From Gammaproteobacteria bacterium (lineage in GTDB: Bacteria; Pseudomonadota; Gammaproteobacteria; Eutrophobiales; Eutrophobiaceae): 64,000 nt of DNA. The position numbers and the translations under genes are program-made. Position 1 is the first letter of the stretch. Every line of letters starts with the position of its first letter. The stretch is from the NCBI GenBank assembly GCA_965243205.1, contig CBDEUK010000002.1, positions 2,080,001-2,144,000 of the forward strand, given 5' to 3'. Below are positions 43,680-53,735 of the stretch, one piece after another. The notes below the pieces were generated by a model. It searched no databases and was not told the DNA's origin. It saw only the letters and a program-made list of their open reading frames with translations.

Positions 43680-44631
43680 TACTTAGTATTTCTATTAGTT
43701 GTTTAAAGTCTTCAGGCAGTTCAGCTTGCCAAGACATTTCCTCTCCAGTACTCGGATGTTCCAAGGTTAATTGAAAGGCATGTAGCGCTTGGCGTTTGAA
43801 TTTTCTAAGACTATTGGCAAGGTTTTCACTACAGCCTTTTGGCAGACTTAATCTTCCGCCATAGACTGGATCGCCAACGATAGGATGACGAATATGAGCC
43901 ATGTGAACCCGAATTTGATGTGTTCTGCCTGTTTCAAGTTGGCATGTAAGTAAAGCATAGTTTTGAAACTTAGTATCGATTCGATAATGTGTTATGGCTT
44001 CTTTACCTGTAAGGACAATGGCCATCCTCGTTCGATGTTTTGGATCACGTCCAATCGGTTGATGGACTGTGCCGCCTGCGGTGAACTTACCTTTTACAAG
44101 AGCTTTGTATTCACGTTTTATCTCGCGTTCCTGCATAGCGGCTACTAACGCTGTGTGCGATTCAGGGGTCTTGGCAATCACCATTAACCCAGTGGTTTCT
44201 TTATCTAAACGATGGACAATGCCTGCACGAGGTACAAGGTTTAGTGTTTCATCATGATGTAGCAATGCATTTAATAAAGTCCCAGTGCGATTACCTGCCC
44301 CTGGTTGAGTCACTAAGCCAGCCGCTTTATTAATGATAATAATCGTGTCATCTTCATAGATGATATTTAGTGGTATGGCTTCAGATTCATCGTGGGTTTG
44401 TTCAAGCCATTCAGCTTCTATTTTGATTTCCTCTCCGCCTAGCACTTTATGTCTTTGGTTTACCTGTTGTTGATCAACAAGAACATACCCTTGTTTAATC
44501 CAGTCTTGTAATCGTGATCGGGAATGTTCTTGAAACAGCTTGGCCAGGACTTGATCCAGACGCATACCTGCTAGCTTTTCAGGTACAAAGGCACTGAGTG
44601 CAATTGTACGGTTTTTTGTGGTTTCACTCAT
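43663..44631 (-). CDS. rluD: 23S rRNA pseudouridine synthase D
   Basis: S4 domain, GIVHRLDKETTG, GRTHQIRVH, RQALHA. Confidence 0.97.
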   Translation of the reverse strand: MSETTKNRTIALSAFVPEKLAGMRLDQVLAKLFQEHSRSRLQDWIKQGYVLVDQQQVNQRHKVLGGEEIKIEAEWLEQTHDESEAIPLNIIYEDDTIIIINKAAGLVTQPGAGNRTGTLLNALLHHDETLNLVPRAGIVHRLDKETTGLMVIAKTPESHTALVAAMQEREIKREYKALVKGKFTAGGTVHQPIGRDPKHRTRMAIVLTGKEAITHYRIDTKFQNYALLTCQLETGRTHQIRVHMAHIRHPIVGDPVYGGRLSLPKGCSENLANSLRKFKRQALHAFQLTLEHPSTGEEMSWQAELPEDFKQLIEILSNEELA

Positions 44632-44676
44632 TGGATTGAAATTGCGCTAATGGGTTGATTGGGATAATCTGACACT

Positions 44677-45447
44677 ATGAAAGTATTACATATTATTATT
44701 TTAACTCTATTCTTATCCAGCTGTTCATTTTTTGAAGAAAAAGAAGATAAAACCGAAGCTTGGGGCGCTCAAAGATTGTATTCAGAGGCAAAAGATGCCT
44801 TGGATTCTGGTGATTTTTCTAAGGCGGTAGGCTTATATGAAAAATTGGAAACTCGTTTTCCCTTTGGTGTTTATGGCCAGCAATCATTATTAGATTTGGC
44901 GTATGCTTATTATAAAAATAATGATCATGACCAAGCAGTTTCTTCTTGTAATCGTTTTATTAAGCTTTATCCACAAAATAGACATGTTGATTATGCTTAC
45001 TATTTGCGAGGTTTAGTTAATTTTGAACGCGGACTAAGTTTTACCGATCGTGTATTGGATATTGATAAATCTCAAAGAAATCAAACTTCATCTGAGATTG
45101 CATTTAGAGATTTTGAGGAATTAACGGATAAATTCCCTGAAAGTGAGTATTCTGAAGATGCTCGCCAACGTATGATCTATCTCAGAAATATTTTAGCAAA
45201 GCATGAGTTACATGTTGCTAATTATTATTTACGCAGAGGCGCGTATTTAGCTGCTGCGAATCGTGCTCGAATAGTGGTTGAACAATATGAACGTACTCCT
45301 TCGATGCCTGAAGCATTAGCGTTATTAGCACGTTCATATAAAGTCATGGGAATGGATGATTTATCCAGAGATTCTCTACGAGTTTTACAGCTTAATTATC
45401 CAAATTATCCAGGCATAGCTGAAGTGGAAGAGATTGTTGTACGCTAA
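44677..45447 (+). CDS. bamD: Outer membrane protein assembly lipoprotein BamD
   Basis: Lipobox LSSC, TPR repeats, YYLRRGAYLAAANR; divergent from rluD. Confidence 0.96.
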   Translation: MKVLHIIILTLFLSSCSFFEEKEDKTEAWGAQRLYSEAKDALDSGDFSKAVGLYEKLETRFPFGVYGQQSLLDLAYAYYKNNDHDQAVSSCNRFIKLYPQNRHVDYAYYLRGLVNFERGLSFTDRVLDIDKSQRNQTSSEIAFRDFEELTDKFPESEYSEDARQRMIYLRNILAKHELHVANYYLRRGAYLAAANRARIVVEQYERTPSMPEALALLARSYKVMGMDDLSRDSLRVLQLNYPNYPGIAEVEEIVVR

Positions 45448-47079
45448 TTATTTCTCTCGATAACCGGATGTAATTGGATAACGTCTATCTCTTCCAAACG
45501 CGCGTTTGGTAATGCGAATGCCCGGAGCGGATTGCCGACGTTTGTATTCATTCATGTCTACTAGTCTAACGACATGCCGTACATCATCTTCTGAAAAACC
45601 TTCAGCAATGATTTTTTCTGGACTCATATCCCGTTCTATATAATGCTCCAAGATCGGATCCAATATTTCATAACTTGGTAAAGAGTCTTCATCTTTTTGA
45701 TCGGGACGTAACTCTGCGCTGGGTGGCCGGTCGATGATTCTTTGTGGAATCACTGCTTCTTCATGATTTCGCCACTTACATAAATCGTAAACCAATAATT
45801 TAGGGACATCCTTTAATGGAGCAAAGCCACCTGCCATATCACCATACAAAGTCGCATATCCAACCGCCATTTCACTTTTATTTCCTGTGGTGAGTAACAT
45901 TTTTCCATAACGATTTGAAATCGCCATGAGTAAAGTGCCTCTACAACGTGCTTGAATATTTTCTTCTGTTGTATCATGAGCATGAGCTTCTTGTAGAAAT
46001 GGCTCAAGCGTTTTCATGAAGGCATTAAATGGTTTTTCGATCGGTAAAATGTGATGTTTTACATTCATGTTTTCAGCGAGCAATACCGCATCTTCGTTAC
46101 TCATATGAGAGGTGTATTTAGAGGGTAATAAATATACATCAACATTTTCAGAACCTAGGGCATCGACTGCCAAAGTCATTGTTAACGCTGAGTCAATGCC
46201 ACCAGATAGTCCTAAAATTACTGAGCTAAAACCATTTTTTTGAACATAATCTTTAATGCCTAAGCATAGAGCTTTGTAAATTAAATCCAATTGGGAAACG
46301 GTATTAAATGAATAGTCGTGTTGAAATGATTTGTTATTAAAATCATATTCAACAATATAACAATCTTCCTCGAAAGCAGGGGCTTCAAAATCAATATCGC
46401 CGTTTCGATTGATAGCCATTGAACAACCATCGAATAATAAATCGTCTTGCCCACCAACTAAGTTGGCGTAAACAATATCTACTTCTGAATCTTGTGCACG
46501 TTGCTTTAACATTGTTCGACGTTCTTGTTGTTTCATAGTATGAAATGGCGAGGCATTAATATTAAGAATTAATTCAGCTCCAGCTTGTTTTGCATTTTCA
46601 CTAGGACCTTTAAACCAAATATCTTCACAAATACTGAGTGCTATAGGTACGCCTTTAATAGAAAATACACAGTCTTTATGGTCTTCAACAAAGTAACGTT
46701 TTTCATCAAATACGCCATAATTTGGTAAGCGTTGTTTGTTATATGTATAAAGAATCTTCTTGTTATGTAGAACGCTACAGGTATTAAATAATTGATTATT
46801 TATATGAGATGGATAACCGATAACGACATAGATATCTTCACTGTGTTCTAATATTTGAAGTATTGCGGACTCAATTTGATGATACAAAGCAGCTCTTAAT
46901 AATAGATCTTCAGGTGGATAAGAAGTTAGAGTCAGTTCAGGAAAGACTAAAATATCAACATTCTTTAATTGCTTCTTTTGAGTTATAAGATCAATAATTT
47001 TCTGGCAATTGGACTCAATTGCACCAACTTGTAAATTGATCTGGGCTATTGCAATACGAAGTGTTTTCTCGGCAGGCAT
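45448..47079 (-). CDS. nadE: Glutamine-dependent NAD+ synthetase
   Basis: Nitrilase triad (FPE, KQRLPNY, ICED) plus SGGIDS and PPSAEL. Confidence 0.97.
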   Translation of the reverse strand: MPAEKTLRIAIAQINLQVGAIESNCQKIIDLITQKKQLKNVDILVFPELTLTSYPPEDLLLRAALYHQIESAILQILEHSEDIYVVIGYPSHINNQLFNTCSVLHNKKILYTYNKQRLPNYGVFDEKRYFVEDHKDCVFSIKGVPIALSICEDIWFKGPSENAKQAGAELILNINASPFHTMKQQERRTMLKQRAQDSEVDIVYANLVGGQDDLLFDGCSMAINRNGDIDFEAPAFEEDCYIVEYDFNNKSFQHDYSFNTVSQLDLIYKALCLGIKDYVQKNGFSSVILGLSGGIDSALTMTLAVDALGSENVDVYLLPSKYTSHMSNEDAVLLAENMNVKHHILPIEKPFNAFMKTLEPFLQEAHAHDTTEENIQARCRGTLLMAISNRYGKMLLTTGNKSEMAVGYATLYGDMAGGFAPLKDVPKLLVYDLCKWRNHEEAVIPQRIIDRPPSAELRPDQKDEDSLPSYEILDPILEHYIERDMSPEKIIAEGFSEDDVRHVVRLVDMNEYKRRQSAPGIRITKRAFGRDRRYPITSGYREK

Positions 47080-47163
47080 AAAACTATGTGTGTTGGATTG
47101 TTATCTCTATAGTATTCAGTATTATAAGTCTTAGCTCAAGTGATTAGGTTATACTAACTTAAA

Positions 47164-48753
47164 ATGCCAAAAATCCATCAACAAAAAACCGAAACTGATT
47201 GGAAAGCACTGCACTATTTCAATCTATATCGAATCTTTATTGCAATATTTTTTCTGACCTTGGTTTTTACCTCGAATATTCCTGAGCCTCTAGGAGAGTA
47301 TAAGCCCGATCTTTTTTCTCTTTTGTGTAAAGTTTATCTGATTCTTGCTTTTTTAATTGCCTTTTTTTCTCAACATAGAAACTTTTCTCATCAAAGTTTA
47401 GTACTCATCAGTATATTTATTGATATTATTTTTCTGAGTTTGATGATGTATGCGAGTGGTGGTTTAAAGAGCGGATTTGGTTTGTTATTAGTCATTTCCG
47501 TTGCAAGCGGTAGTATATTGAGTACGCAAAAAATAGCTTTTTTTATCGCGGCTATTGCGACAATTTTTGTTTTATCGGTTGAGTTATACGCTTATTTTTT
47601 TGAATCTGCTTCCAGAGATAATTACACACAATCATCTATTCTTGGTTTAGCGTTTTTTATTACTTCTCTAACAGGAAATTATTTATCAACACGTTTAAGA
47701 GCCAGTGAAGTCCTAGCAGAAAGACGGGCAGCAGAGATCCAAAGCTTAGCTGAACTCAATGAGCAAATTATTGATCGTATGCAGTCTGGTATTATTGCAA
47801 TTGATAATAATTTTGTTATTCAATTAATGAATCGTTCTGCAAAAGAATTATTAAATTACCCTTACCAAAGCTATGGTCAGCCTTTAGACAAAGTCAGTGA
47901 AAATTTGGTCGATTTAGTTGAAGAATGGCAAGTTAATGACGTTACTGGAGCTTCAATAGTAACGCTTGATGATAATATAGAACTAAAAGTTGGTATTGCA
48001 GAGATTTTGAATAAACAACAACCTACGAATTCAATTTTTCTAATCTTTTTAGATGATGCAACTAAGGTGCGTCAACAAGCGCAAAATATAAAATTGGAGT
48101 CTCTCGGACGTTTAGCCGCGAGCATTGCACATGAAGTACGTAATCCCTTAGGCGCTATCAGTCATGCTGGACAACTGTTAAAAGAATCCTCATCACTTGC
48201 AAAAAGTGATGAACGTTTAACGGAAATTATTCAAACTCAATCAAATCGGGTTAATTCGATCATTGAAAATGTATTAAGTATTTCTCGACGGCAACAACCG
48301 AATATTGAAGAAATCGATTTACTTGATTGGCTAGAAAAATTTAAAAACGAATTTATAGAGCAACAAAGATTACAAGAAGACGACTTTATTATCTCCACTT
48401 CATTAGATAGTTTAGTTGTAAAGTTTGATAGTACTCAGTTACAACAAGTGTTGTGGAATCTTTGTCAAAATGCATTTCGTTACAGTCAAACTAATCCGTT
48501 GATAACTATTGAATGTAACATTAATGAAAATAACCAAAGACCTTATATGGATATTATAGATACAGGCTCAGGAATTAATGAAAATGAAGTCGAAAAATTA
48601 TTCGAACCTTTTTTTACCACTGATAAAGAAGGAACAGGTTTAGGTTTATATATATCAAGAGAACTGTGTGAAATTAATCAGGCCAATTTATATTTAGAAA
48701 ATAATTCAAATGAAGGATGTCGTTTTCGAATTGTTTTCTCATATCCTGAATAA
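47164..48753 (+). CDS. pilS: Sensor histidine kinase PilS
   Basis: About 6 TM helices (NLYR, ASGGLKSG), PAS domain, AHEVRNPL, GTGLGL; next to nadE, pilA and pilR. Confidence 0.92.
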   Translation: MPKIHQQKTETDWKALHYFNLYRIFIAIFFLTLVFTSNIPEPLGEYKPDLFSLLCKVYLILAFLIAFFSQHRNFSHQSLVLISIFIDIIFLSLMMYASGGLKSGFGLLLVISVASGSILSTQKIAFFIAAIATIFVLSVELYAYFFESASRDNYTQSSILGLAFFITSLTGNYLSTRLRASEVLAERRAAEIQSLAELNEQIIDRMQSGIIAIDNNFVIQLMNRSAKELLNYPYQSYGQPLDKVSENLVDLVEEWQVNDVTGASIVTLDDNIELKVGIAEILNKQQPTNSIFLIFLDDATKVRQQAQNIKLESLGRLAASIAHEVRNPLGAISHAGQLLKESSSLAKSDERLTEIIQTQSNRVNSIIENVLSISRRQQPNIEEIDLLDWLEKFKNEFIEQQRLQEDDFIISTSLDSLVVKFDSTQLQQVLWNLCQNAFRYSQTNPLITIECNINENNQRPYMDIIDTGSGINENEVEKLFEPFFTTDKEGTGLGLYISRELCEINQANLYLENNSNEGCRFRIVFSYPE

Positions 48754-48761
48754 CAAACATC
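48754..48761 (+). repeat. Left copy of 8-bp inverted repeat CAAACATC bounding the pilA-pilR block
   Basis: Starts immediately after the pilS TAA; reverse complement at 50924-50931. Confidence 0.6.
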
Positions 48762-48783
48762 TTAGGTAGAATTCATAATAAAT

Positions 48784-48811
48784 AAAAAACCCCGCATAAG
48801 CGGGGTTTTTT
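48784..48811. terminator. Bidirectional intrinsic terminator between pilS and pilA
   Basis: AAAAAACCCCGC-ATAA-GCGGGGTTTTTT. Confidence 0.95.
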
Positions 48812-48828
48812 GTATAAGAAGTAAATAA

Positions 48829-49341
48829 TTATTTACATTCAGTTGGGGAATAGCGTGCTGGTATAGTACCACCCGCAGCTGCAGTTAACCCTCTGTTTGT
48901 AACAGCTGTAACTGAGTTTGCGCCAGTACATGCCCAATCTATATTGCCATTCAGGTTAGCGGCTGTGATTAATCCATTAGCAATATTTGGAGTAAGCATT
49001 AGAATATTAGCATCATTAAGCTGTGGAATATTAGCTACACTGTATGTAATTTGGAGAGCACCATTTCCTTGGACTTGGATATCAGTTACATATTTTGTTG
49101 CAACAAAGTTAGGCGCATTATACTCAACTTGAAATGCAGCCAAACCATTAAGACCATCAGCAGCTATAGCCTCAGCAACTCCAATTTTTGCAGCGCCAGC
49201 TAATGATAAACCTTCAGTTACTTTTGAACGTACGGTGTAATCTTGATAAGCAGGGATAGCAACTGCCGCTAAAATACCGATGATCGCAACAACGATCATT
49301 AATTCGATTAGGGTAAAACCTTTTTGAACTTGTTTTTTCAT
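48829..49341 (-). CDS. pilA: Type IVa major pilin
   Basis: KG|[27 protein letters not shown] class III signal; C-terminal Cys pair. Confidence 0.97.
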   Translation of the reverse strand: MKKQVQKGFTLIELMIVVAIIGILAAVAIPAYQDYTVRSKVTEGLSLAGAAKIGVAEAIAADGLNGLAAFQVEYNAPNFVATKYVTDIQVQGNGALQITYSVANIPQLNDANILMLTPNIANGLITAANLNGNIDWACTGANSVTAVTNRGLTAAAGGTIPARYSPTECK

Positions 49342-49384
49342 TTGTGTATTTCCTCAAAAAATAAAATATTTAAATAATTCATCC

Positions 49385-49450
49385 TCTCTGGATTTGATTT
49401 GCTTACTCCCTAAGCGCCTCTGTGAGATATAAACAAATCCAATCCAGAGA
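49385..49450 (-). other. Long stem-loop in the pilA 5' leader
   Basis: 17-bp arms at 49385-49401 and 49434-49450 with one mismatch, extendable inward by G-U pairs. Confidence 0.75.
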
Positions 49451-49464
49451 CTTGGTTCCTATAG

Positions 49465-49480
49465 AGCAGGATGTATGCCA
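49465..49480 (-). promoter_or_regulatory. Sigma54 (-24/-12) promoter of pilA
   Basis: Minus strand TGGCAT-ACATC-CTGCT; pilA is the classic RpoN/PilR target. Confidence 0.85.
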
Positions 49481-49582
49481 ATAAATTTATAGTAAAGAGT
49501 TCACTATAAAACAAAGAGTTATAGACAGTTTTGTGTTGTGGTTCACAAACAGTGATCTGACGTCAATAATACTGAAGGTCAT

Positions 49583-49605
49583 AAAGTGACGTAGAACGTC
49601 ACTTT
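49583..49605. promoter_or_regulatory. Palindrome, candidate PilR enhancer site
   Basis: AAAGTGACGT-AGA-ACGTCACTTT about 140 bp upstream of the predicted pilA start site; extra GTCA half-sites at 49562 and 49578. Confidence 0.55.
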
Positions 49606-49607
49606 TG

Positions 49608-50909
49608 TTATTTAATATCGAGCTTTTCTAACCGATAGCGTAGTGCCCTAAACGTAATCCCTAGTTTCTTAGCTGCTGCGGTTTTATTCCACTTAGATTG
49701 TTCAAGTGCTTCGATGATGGCTTCTCGTTCTAAATCGTCTTTCTTTCTATCCAATGAAGTTGATAAAGTATTATCAAGATTATTTTCAGGTAGATGTAAA
49801 TCATCCAATTGAATAATATCTTCTTCGCACATGGTAAGAGCGCGTTCTAAAATATTTTCCAGTTCACGAATGTTGCCCGGGAAGTGATAGCTTGCCAGTG
49901 TATTCATTGCAGTATCTGATAGTGAAGCTTTTTGATCTGAGTTATTAATCTTTTTCAAAATATAATTCACAAGATCTGGGATATCTTCTTGCCGTTCTCG
50001 TAGCGGCGGAATGTGTAATTCAATCACGTTGATGCGATAAAATAAATCTTGTCTGAAGTCACCATTATTGACCATCTCTCCAAGGTTTTTATGTGTTGCA
50101 CTTAAAATGCGTACATCAGTTTGGATTTCTTCCTCAGCGCCAACAGGGCGAATTTTTTTTTCTTGAATAGCACGCAATAACTTTACTTGCATGGATAATG
50201 GCAAGTCAGCAATTTCATCTAAGAATAAAGTGCCGCCATTGGCTACTTGAAATAAACCTTTCTTATCATTGATAGCGCCAGTAAAGCTGCCTTTTTTATG
50301 ACCAAATAATTCACTTTCCATTAGCTCGCTAGGTATAGCGCTACAGTTTACGGGTACAAATGGTTTATCAGCACGATTACCGTGTGAATGAATTAATCTT
50401 GCAACGAGTTCTTTACCCGTACCCGATTCACCGCTGATATAAACTGGGGCTTGGCTACGAGATAACTTAGTAATTTTTGTTTTGAGTTCTTGAATTTGTT
50501 TTGAATCACCAATCATTTCAATACGACTGGTTGTCATTGGATCATCAAGTTTAAGTGCTGAGCTTACTAATTTGCGTAGTACATTCAAATCGATCGGTTT
50601 ACTTAAAAAATCAAACGCACCATTTTTTAATGCTTTGATGGCCGTATCCATATTGCCATGTGCACTTATGACGGCAATTGGCATATTGGGATATTTCATT
50701 TGTACTGTTTCAACTAAATCCAAACCATCTCCATCAGGTAAGCGCATATCTGTTAAGCAAAGTTGGTATGAATTTTCTTTTAACAACATATAGGCAGTAC
50801 TTAGATCACTAGCACATGAACACTTTAGTTCCATGCGCTCTAAAGTGATCTCAAGTAATTCGAGAATATCGGGTTCGTCGTCAACGATTAAAACAGTAGG
50901 TTTAGACAT
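49608..50909 (-). CDS. pilR: Sigma54-dependent response regulator PilR
   Basis: Receiver (VDDE, LTDMRLPDG), GESGTGKE, GSFTGA, Fis-HTH GITFRALRYRL. Confidence 0.93.
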   Translation of the reverse strand: MSKPTVLIVDDEPDILELLEITLERMELKCSCASDLSTAYMLLKENSYQLCLTDMRLPDGDGLDLVETVQMKYPNMPIAVISAHGNMDTAIKALKNGAFDFLSKPIDLNVLRKLVSSALKLDDPMTTSRIEMIGDSKQIQELKTKITKLSRSQAPVYISGESGTGKELVARLIHSHGNRADKPFVPVNCSAIPSELMESELFGHKKGSFTGAINDKKGLFQVANGGTLFLDEIADLPLSMQVKLLRAIQEKKIRPVGAEEEIQTDVRILSATHKNLGEMVNNGDFRQDLFYRINVIELHIPPLRERQEDIPDLVNYILKKINNSDQKASLSDTAMNTLASYHFPGNIRELENILERALTMCEEDIIQLDDLHLPENNLDNTLSTSLDRKKDDLEREAIIEALEQSKWNKTAAAKKLGITFRALRYRLEKLDIK

Positions 50910-50918
50910 CAGAATTGT

Positions 50919-51635
50919 TTATTGATGTTTGCTCGATAATTTTTGGCATTCTGTTTCTATCCATTCCTCAACTTCTTGTGTCAGTTGTTTAGCGGATTTA
51001 TCAGTACTTTCAATAACAGGCCCTATTACTATTGTAATTGTGCCTGGATATTTAATAAAACTATTCCGTGGCCAAAAGTAGCCAGAGTCATGTGCAACAG
51101 GCACGATTGGAAAACCAGATTTAGCCGCTAGCATCCCTCCACCGGGTAAATATGATTTTTTATCTCCAGGCGCTACCCGGGTACCTTCAGGATATATCAC
51201 CACCCATAAATCTTGAAGTAAACGTTTTGTGCCTTGGTCAACAATTTGTTTAAAAGCTTTAACAGCTGAACCTCTGTCGATGGCTATTGGTTCTAAACTC
51301 GCAAGTCCCCAGCCATAAATTGGTATCCATAATAATTCGCGTTTTAAGATCCATACTTGTGCCGGAAATATAAGTTGGTTAGCAATCGTTTCAAAAGCCG
51401 ATTGATGCTTCGACATAATAATTGCGGCTTTATCAGGGATGTTTTCTTTGCCAATCACTTCAAATGTTAAGCCACATGTTACGTTTAACCACCAAAGATT
51501 AAAACGTGCCCACAACACCATAACGGAATATCGAAATTTAAAAGGTAGAGGAAATAAAATGATGCCAATAGGCATAAAGATTAGCGTTGTGATGGCTAAG
51601 CCAAGATAAAAAATAATAGAACGAATAACTAGCAT
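50919..51635 (-). CDS. plsC: 1-acyl-sn-glycerol-3-phosphate acyltransferase
   Basis: KHQSAFE, IDR, YPEGTR, IVPVAH; follows glyS. Confidence 0.9.
   Translation of the reverse strand: MLVIRSIIFYLGLAITTLIFMPIGIILFPLPFKFRYSVMVLWARFNLWWLNVTCGLTFEVIGKENIPDKAAIIMSKHQSAFETIANQLIFPAQVWILKRELLWIPIYGWGLASLEPIAIDRGSAVKAFKQIVDQGTKRLLQDLWVVIYPEGTRVAPGDKKSYLPGGGMLAAKSGFPIVPVAHDSGYFWPRNSFIKYPGTITIVIGPVIESTDKSAKQLTQEVEEWIETECQKLSSKHQ
50924..50931 (-). repeat. Right copy of 8-bp inverted repeat (GATGTTTG on + strand)
   Basis: Within the last codons of plsC, 14 nt upstream of the pilR ATG. Confidence 0.6.
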
Positions 51636-51659
51636 AAAGTTATTAGTAAAATATAAACA

Positions 51660-53735
51660 TTATTGTTGCAGTTTCGAAATATCTGCTATTTGTATAAATA
51701 ATTGTTGAACGGATTGTAATAAACTTAAACGATTATTTTTTAATGCTTCATCTTCAGCCATTACCATTACGTTATCAAAAAAAGCATCAATAGGATCTCT
51801 TAATGTTGCCAATTTTGAAAGTGCATTTTGGTAATCGTCATTTTGTAATAAGGGCTGTAAGTCACTTTGAATTGAATTTAATGCAGATACTAGAGTTTGC
51901 TCTGCTGCTTCAGTTAACAATTCAGAGTTGATATCTTTTGAGACAGTTGTTTTTTGTTTCTTAAGTATATTAGAGATACGTTTGTTGGCAGCAGCTAAAT
52001 CTTCGGCTTCGGGTAATTCTTGAAAAGCCATAACGGCTTTTATTTTGCTGTCAAAATCGAGTGGTTTCGTTGGTTGTGTTGCTAATACGGATTCAAAAGT
52101 TAAGGTGTCGATATTGTTATCTTGATAATAATTACGAAGACGTTCAATAATGAAATCGAATACCTGATCATGAGATTCTGTTTTATCAAAATCATGTTCG
52201 TATAAATAACATGCGTTGCTGATGAGTTTAGAAAGATCAATATCTAAATTGCATTCGATAATGATACGTATTGCACCGAGAGCAGCACGTTTTAAAGCAA
52301 ACGGATCTTTTTCACCAGTAGGGATTTGTCCAATAGAAAAAATACCAACAATGGTTTCTATTTTTTCAGCTAATGATAATATCTGTCCTGTTTTTGTTTC
52401 AGGTAAATCATCGCCTGAAAAACGTGGCATGTATTGTTCATCGATTGCTTTTGCAACATCATCAGGTTCACCACTTTGCTTTGCATAGTAATAACCGATA
52501 GCGCCTTGTAGATTAGGAAACTCGCCTACCATATCAGTGAGCAAATCACATTTTGCAAGTAAAGCAGCTCGTTCAATTGATTGAGAATCGATTTTTAAAC
52601 TGGCAGCGATTGCTCTTGATAATTTTGATACCCGTGAACTTTTCTCTGCCATTGAGCCTAGCTGTTTCTGATACAGTAAATTCTCTAATCCTGATTGATA
52701 ATCAGCAAGACTCTGTTTGGTATCTTGTTGCCAAAAGAACTGAGCATCTTTTAAACGTGGAGATAAAACTCTTTCATTTCCCTTACGGACAATTTCAATA
52801 TTTTTACTTTCAATGTTTGCGAAAGTAATAAACTTTGCTAACAGGTCACCATTTGAATCAACAATAGGAAAGTATTTTTGATGGTCTTGCATACTATAAA
52901 TAAGTGCTTCTTTTGGTAGAGCAAGAAATTCTTCGTCGAAGCTACCGACGACTGCCACTGGCCATTCATTAATAGATGTAACTTCATCCAATAAACCTGG
53001 GTCAATGATCGCTTCACCATTAACACTCTCAGCTGAAACCTTGATCTGATCAAGTATGATTTGCTTTCTTTGTTTGTAATCGACAATAACATGACCAGAA
53101 TCTTTTAATAGTGATTCATAGTTATTGATATTTGAAATAGTCATAGCATTTGGTGCATGAAAACGATGGCCATAACTTATATTCGAAGTTTGAGTTCCTA
53201 GTATTTCTGCATCAATAATATCTTCACCTAGTAATAACATGCTCCATTGAACGGGACGTACAAATTCAACGGTGTTATTACCCCAACGCATGCGTTTAGC
53301 AATTGGTAATTTATTGAGTGAGGTTTGAATGATATTCGGTAATAAGTCTTTAGCATGCTGGCCTTCAACATTCATGGTGTAAGCAAGCCATTGGCCTTTA
53401 TCCGTTTCTAATGTTTCTAATTGATCAACTGTTGTCTTGCATGATTGTGCAAAACCTTCAGCAGCTTTGGTTGGATTGCCTTCAGAATCATAAGCCGCTT
53501 TTACAGCAGGTCCACGGCGCTGCTCTTGTTTGGAAGCTTGTTCAGTTTGTAAGTTTTCAACTTTAACAGCCAAACGTCTAGGTGTCGCAAACCATTTGAT
53601 TGAATCATAACTTAGTTCGGCTGTTTTTATACCTGATTCAACTTGTTCGCATAATGATGTCGCTAAGCGAGCTAAGTCCTTAGGTGGTAATTCTTCGGTT
53701 CCAAGTTCGAATAATAAATGTTCTGAGCTACTCAT
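51660..53735 (-). CDS. glyS: Glycyl-tRNA synthetase beta subunit
   Basis: [33 protein letters not shown]. Confidence 0.98.
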   Translation of the reverse strand: MSSSEHLLFELGTEELPPKDLARLATSLCEQVESGIKTAELSYDSIKWFATPRRLAVKVENLQTEQASKQEQRRGPAVKAAYDSEGNPTKAAEGFAQSCKTTVDQLETLETDKGQWLAYTMNVEGQHAKDLLPNIIQTSLNKLPIAKRMRWGNNTVEFVRPVQWSMLLLGEDIIDAEILGTQTSNISYGHRFHAPNAMTISNINNYESLLKDSGHVIVDYKQRKQIILDQIKVSAESVNGEAIIDPGLLDEVTSINEWPVAVVGSFDEEFLALPKEALIYSMQDHQKYFPIVDSNGDLLAKFITFANIESKNIEIVRKGNERVLSPRLKDAQFFWQQDTKQSLADYQSGLENLLYQKQLGSMAEKSSRVSKLSRAIAASLKIDSQSIERAALLAKCDLLTDMVGEFPNLQGAIGYYYAKQSGEPDDVAKAIDEQYMPRFSGDDLPETKTGQILSLAEKIETIVGIFSIGQIPTGEKDPFALKRAALGAIRIIIECNLDIDLSKLISNACYLYEHDFDKTESHDQVFDFIIERLRNYYQDNNIDTLTFESVLATQPTKPLDFDSKIKAVMAFQELPEAEDLAAANKRISNILKKQKTTVSKDINSELLTEAAEQTLVSALNSIQSDLQPLLQNDDYQNALSKLATLRDPIDAFFDNVMVMAEDEALKNNRLSLLQSVQQLFIQIADISKLQQ

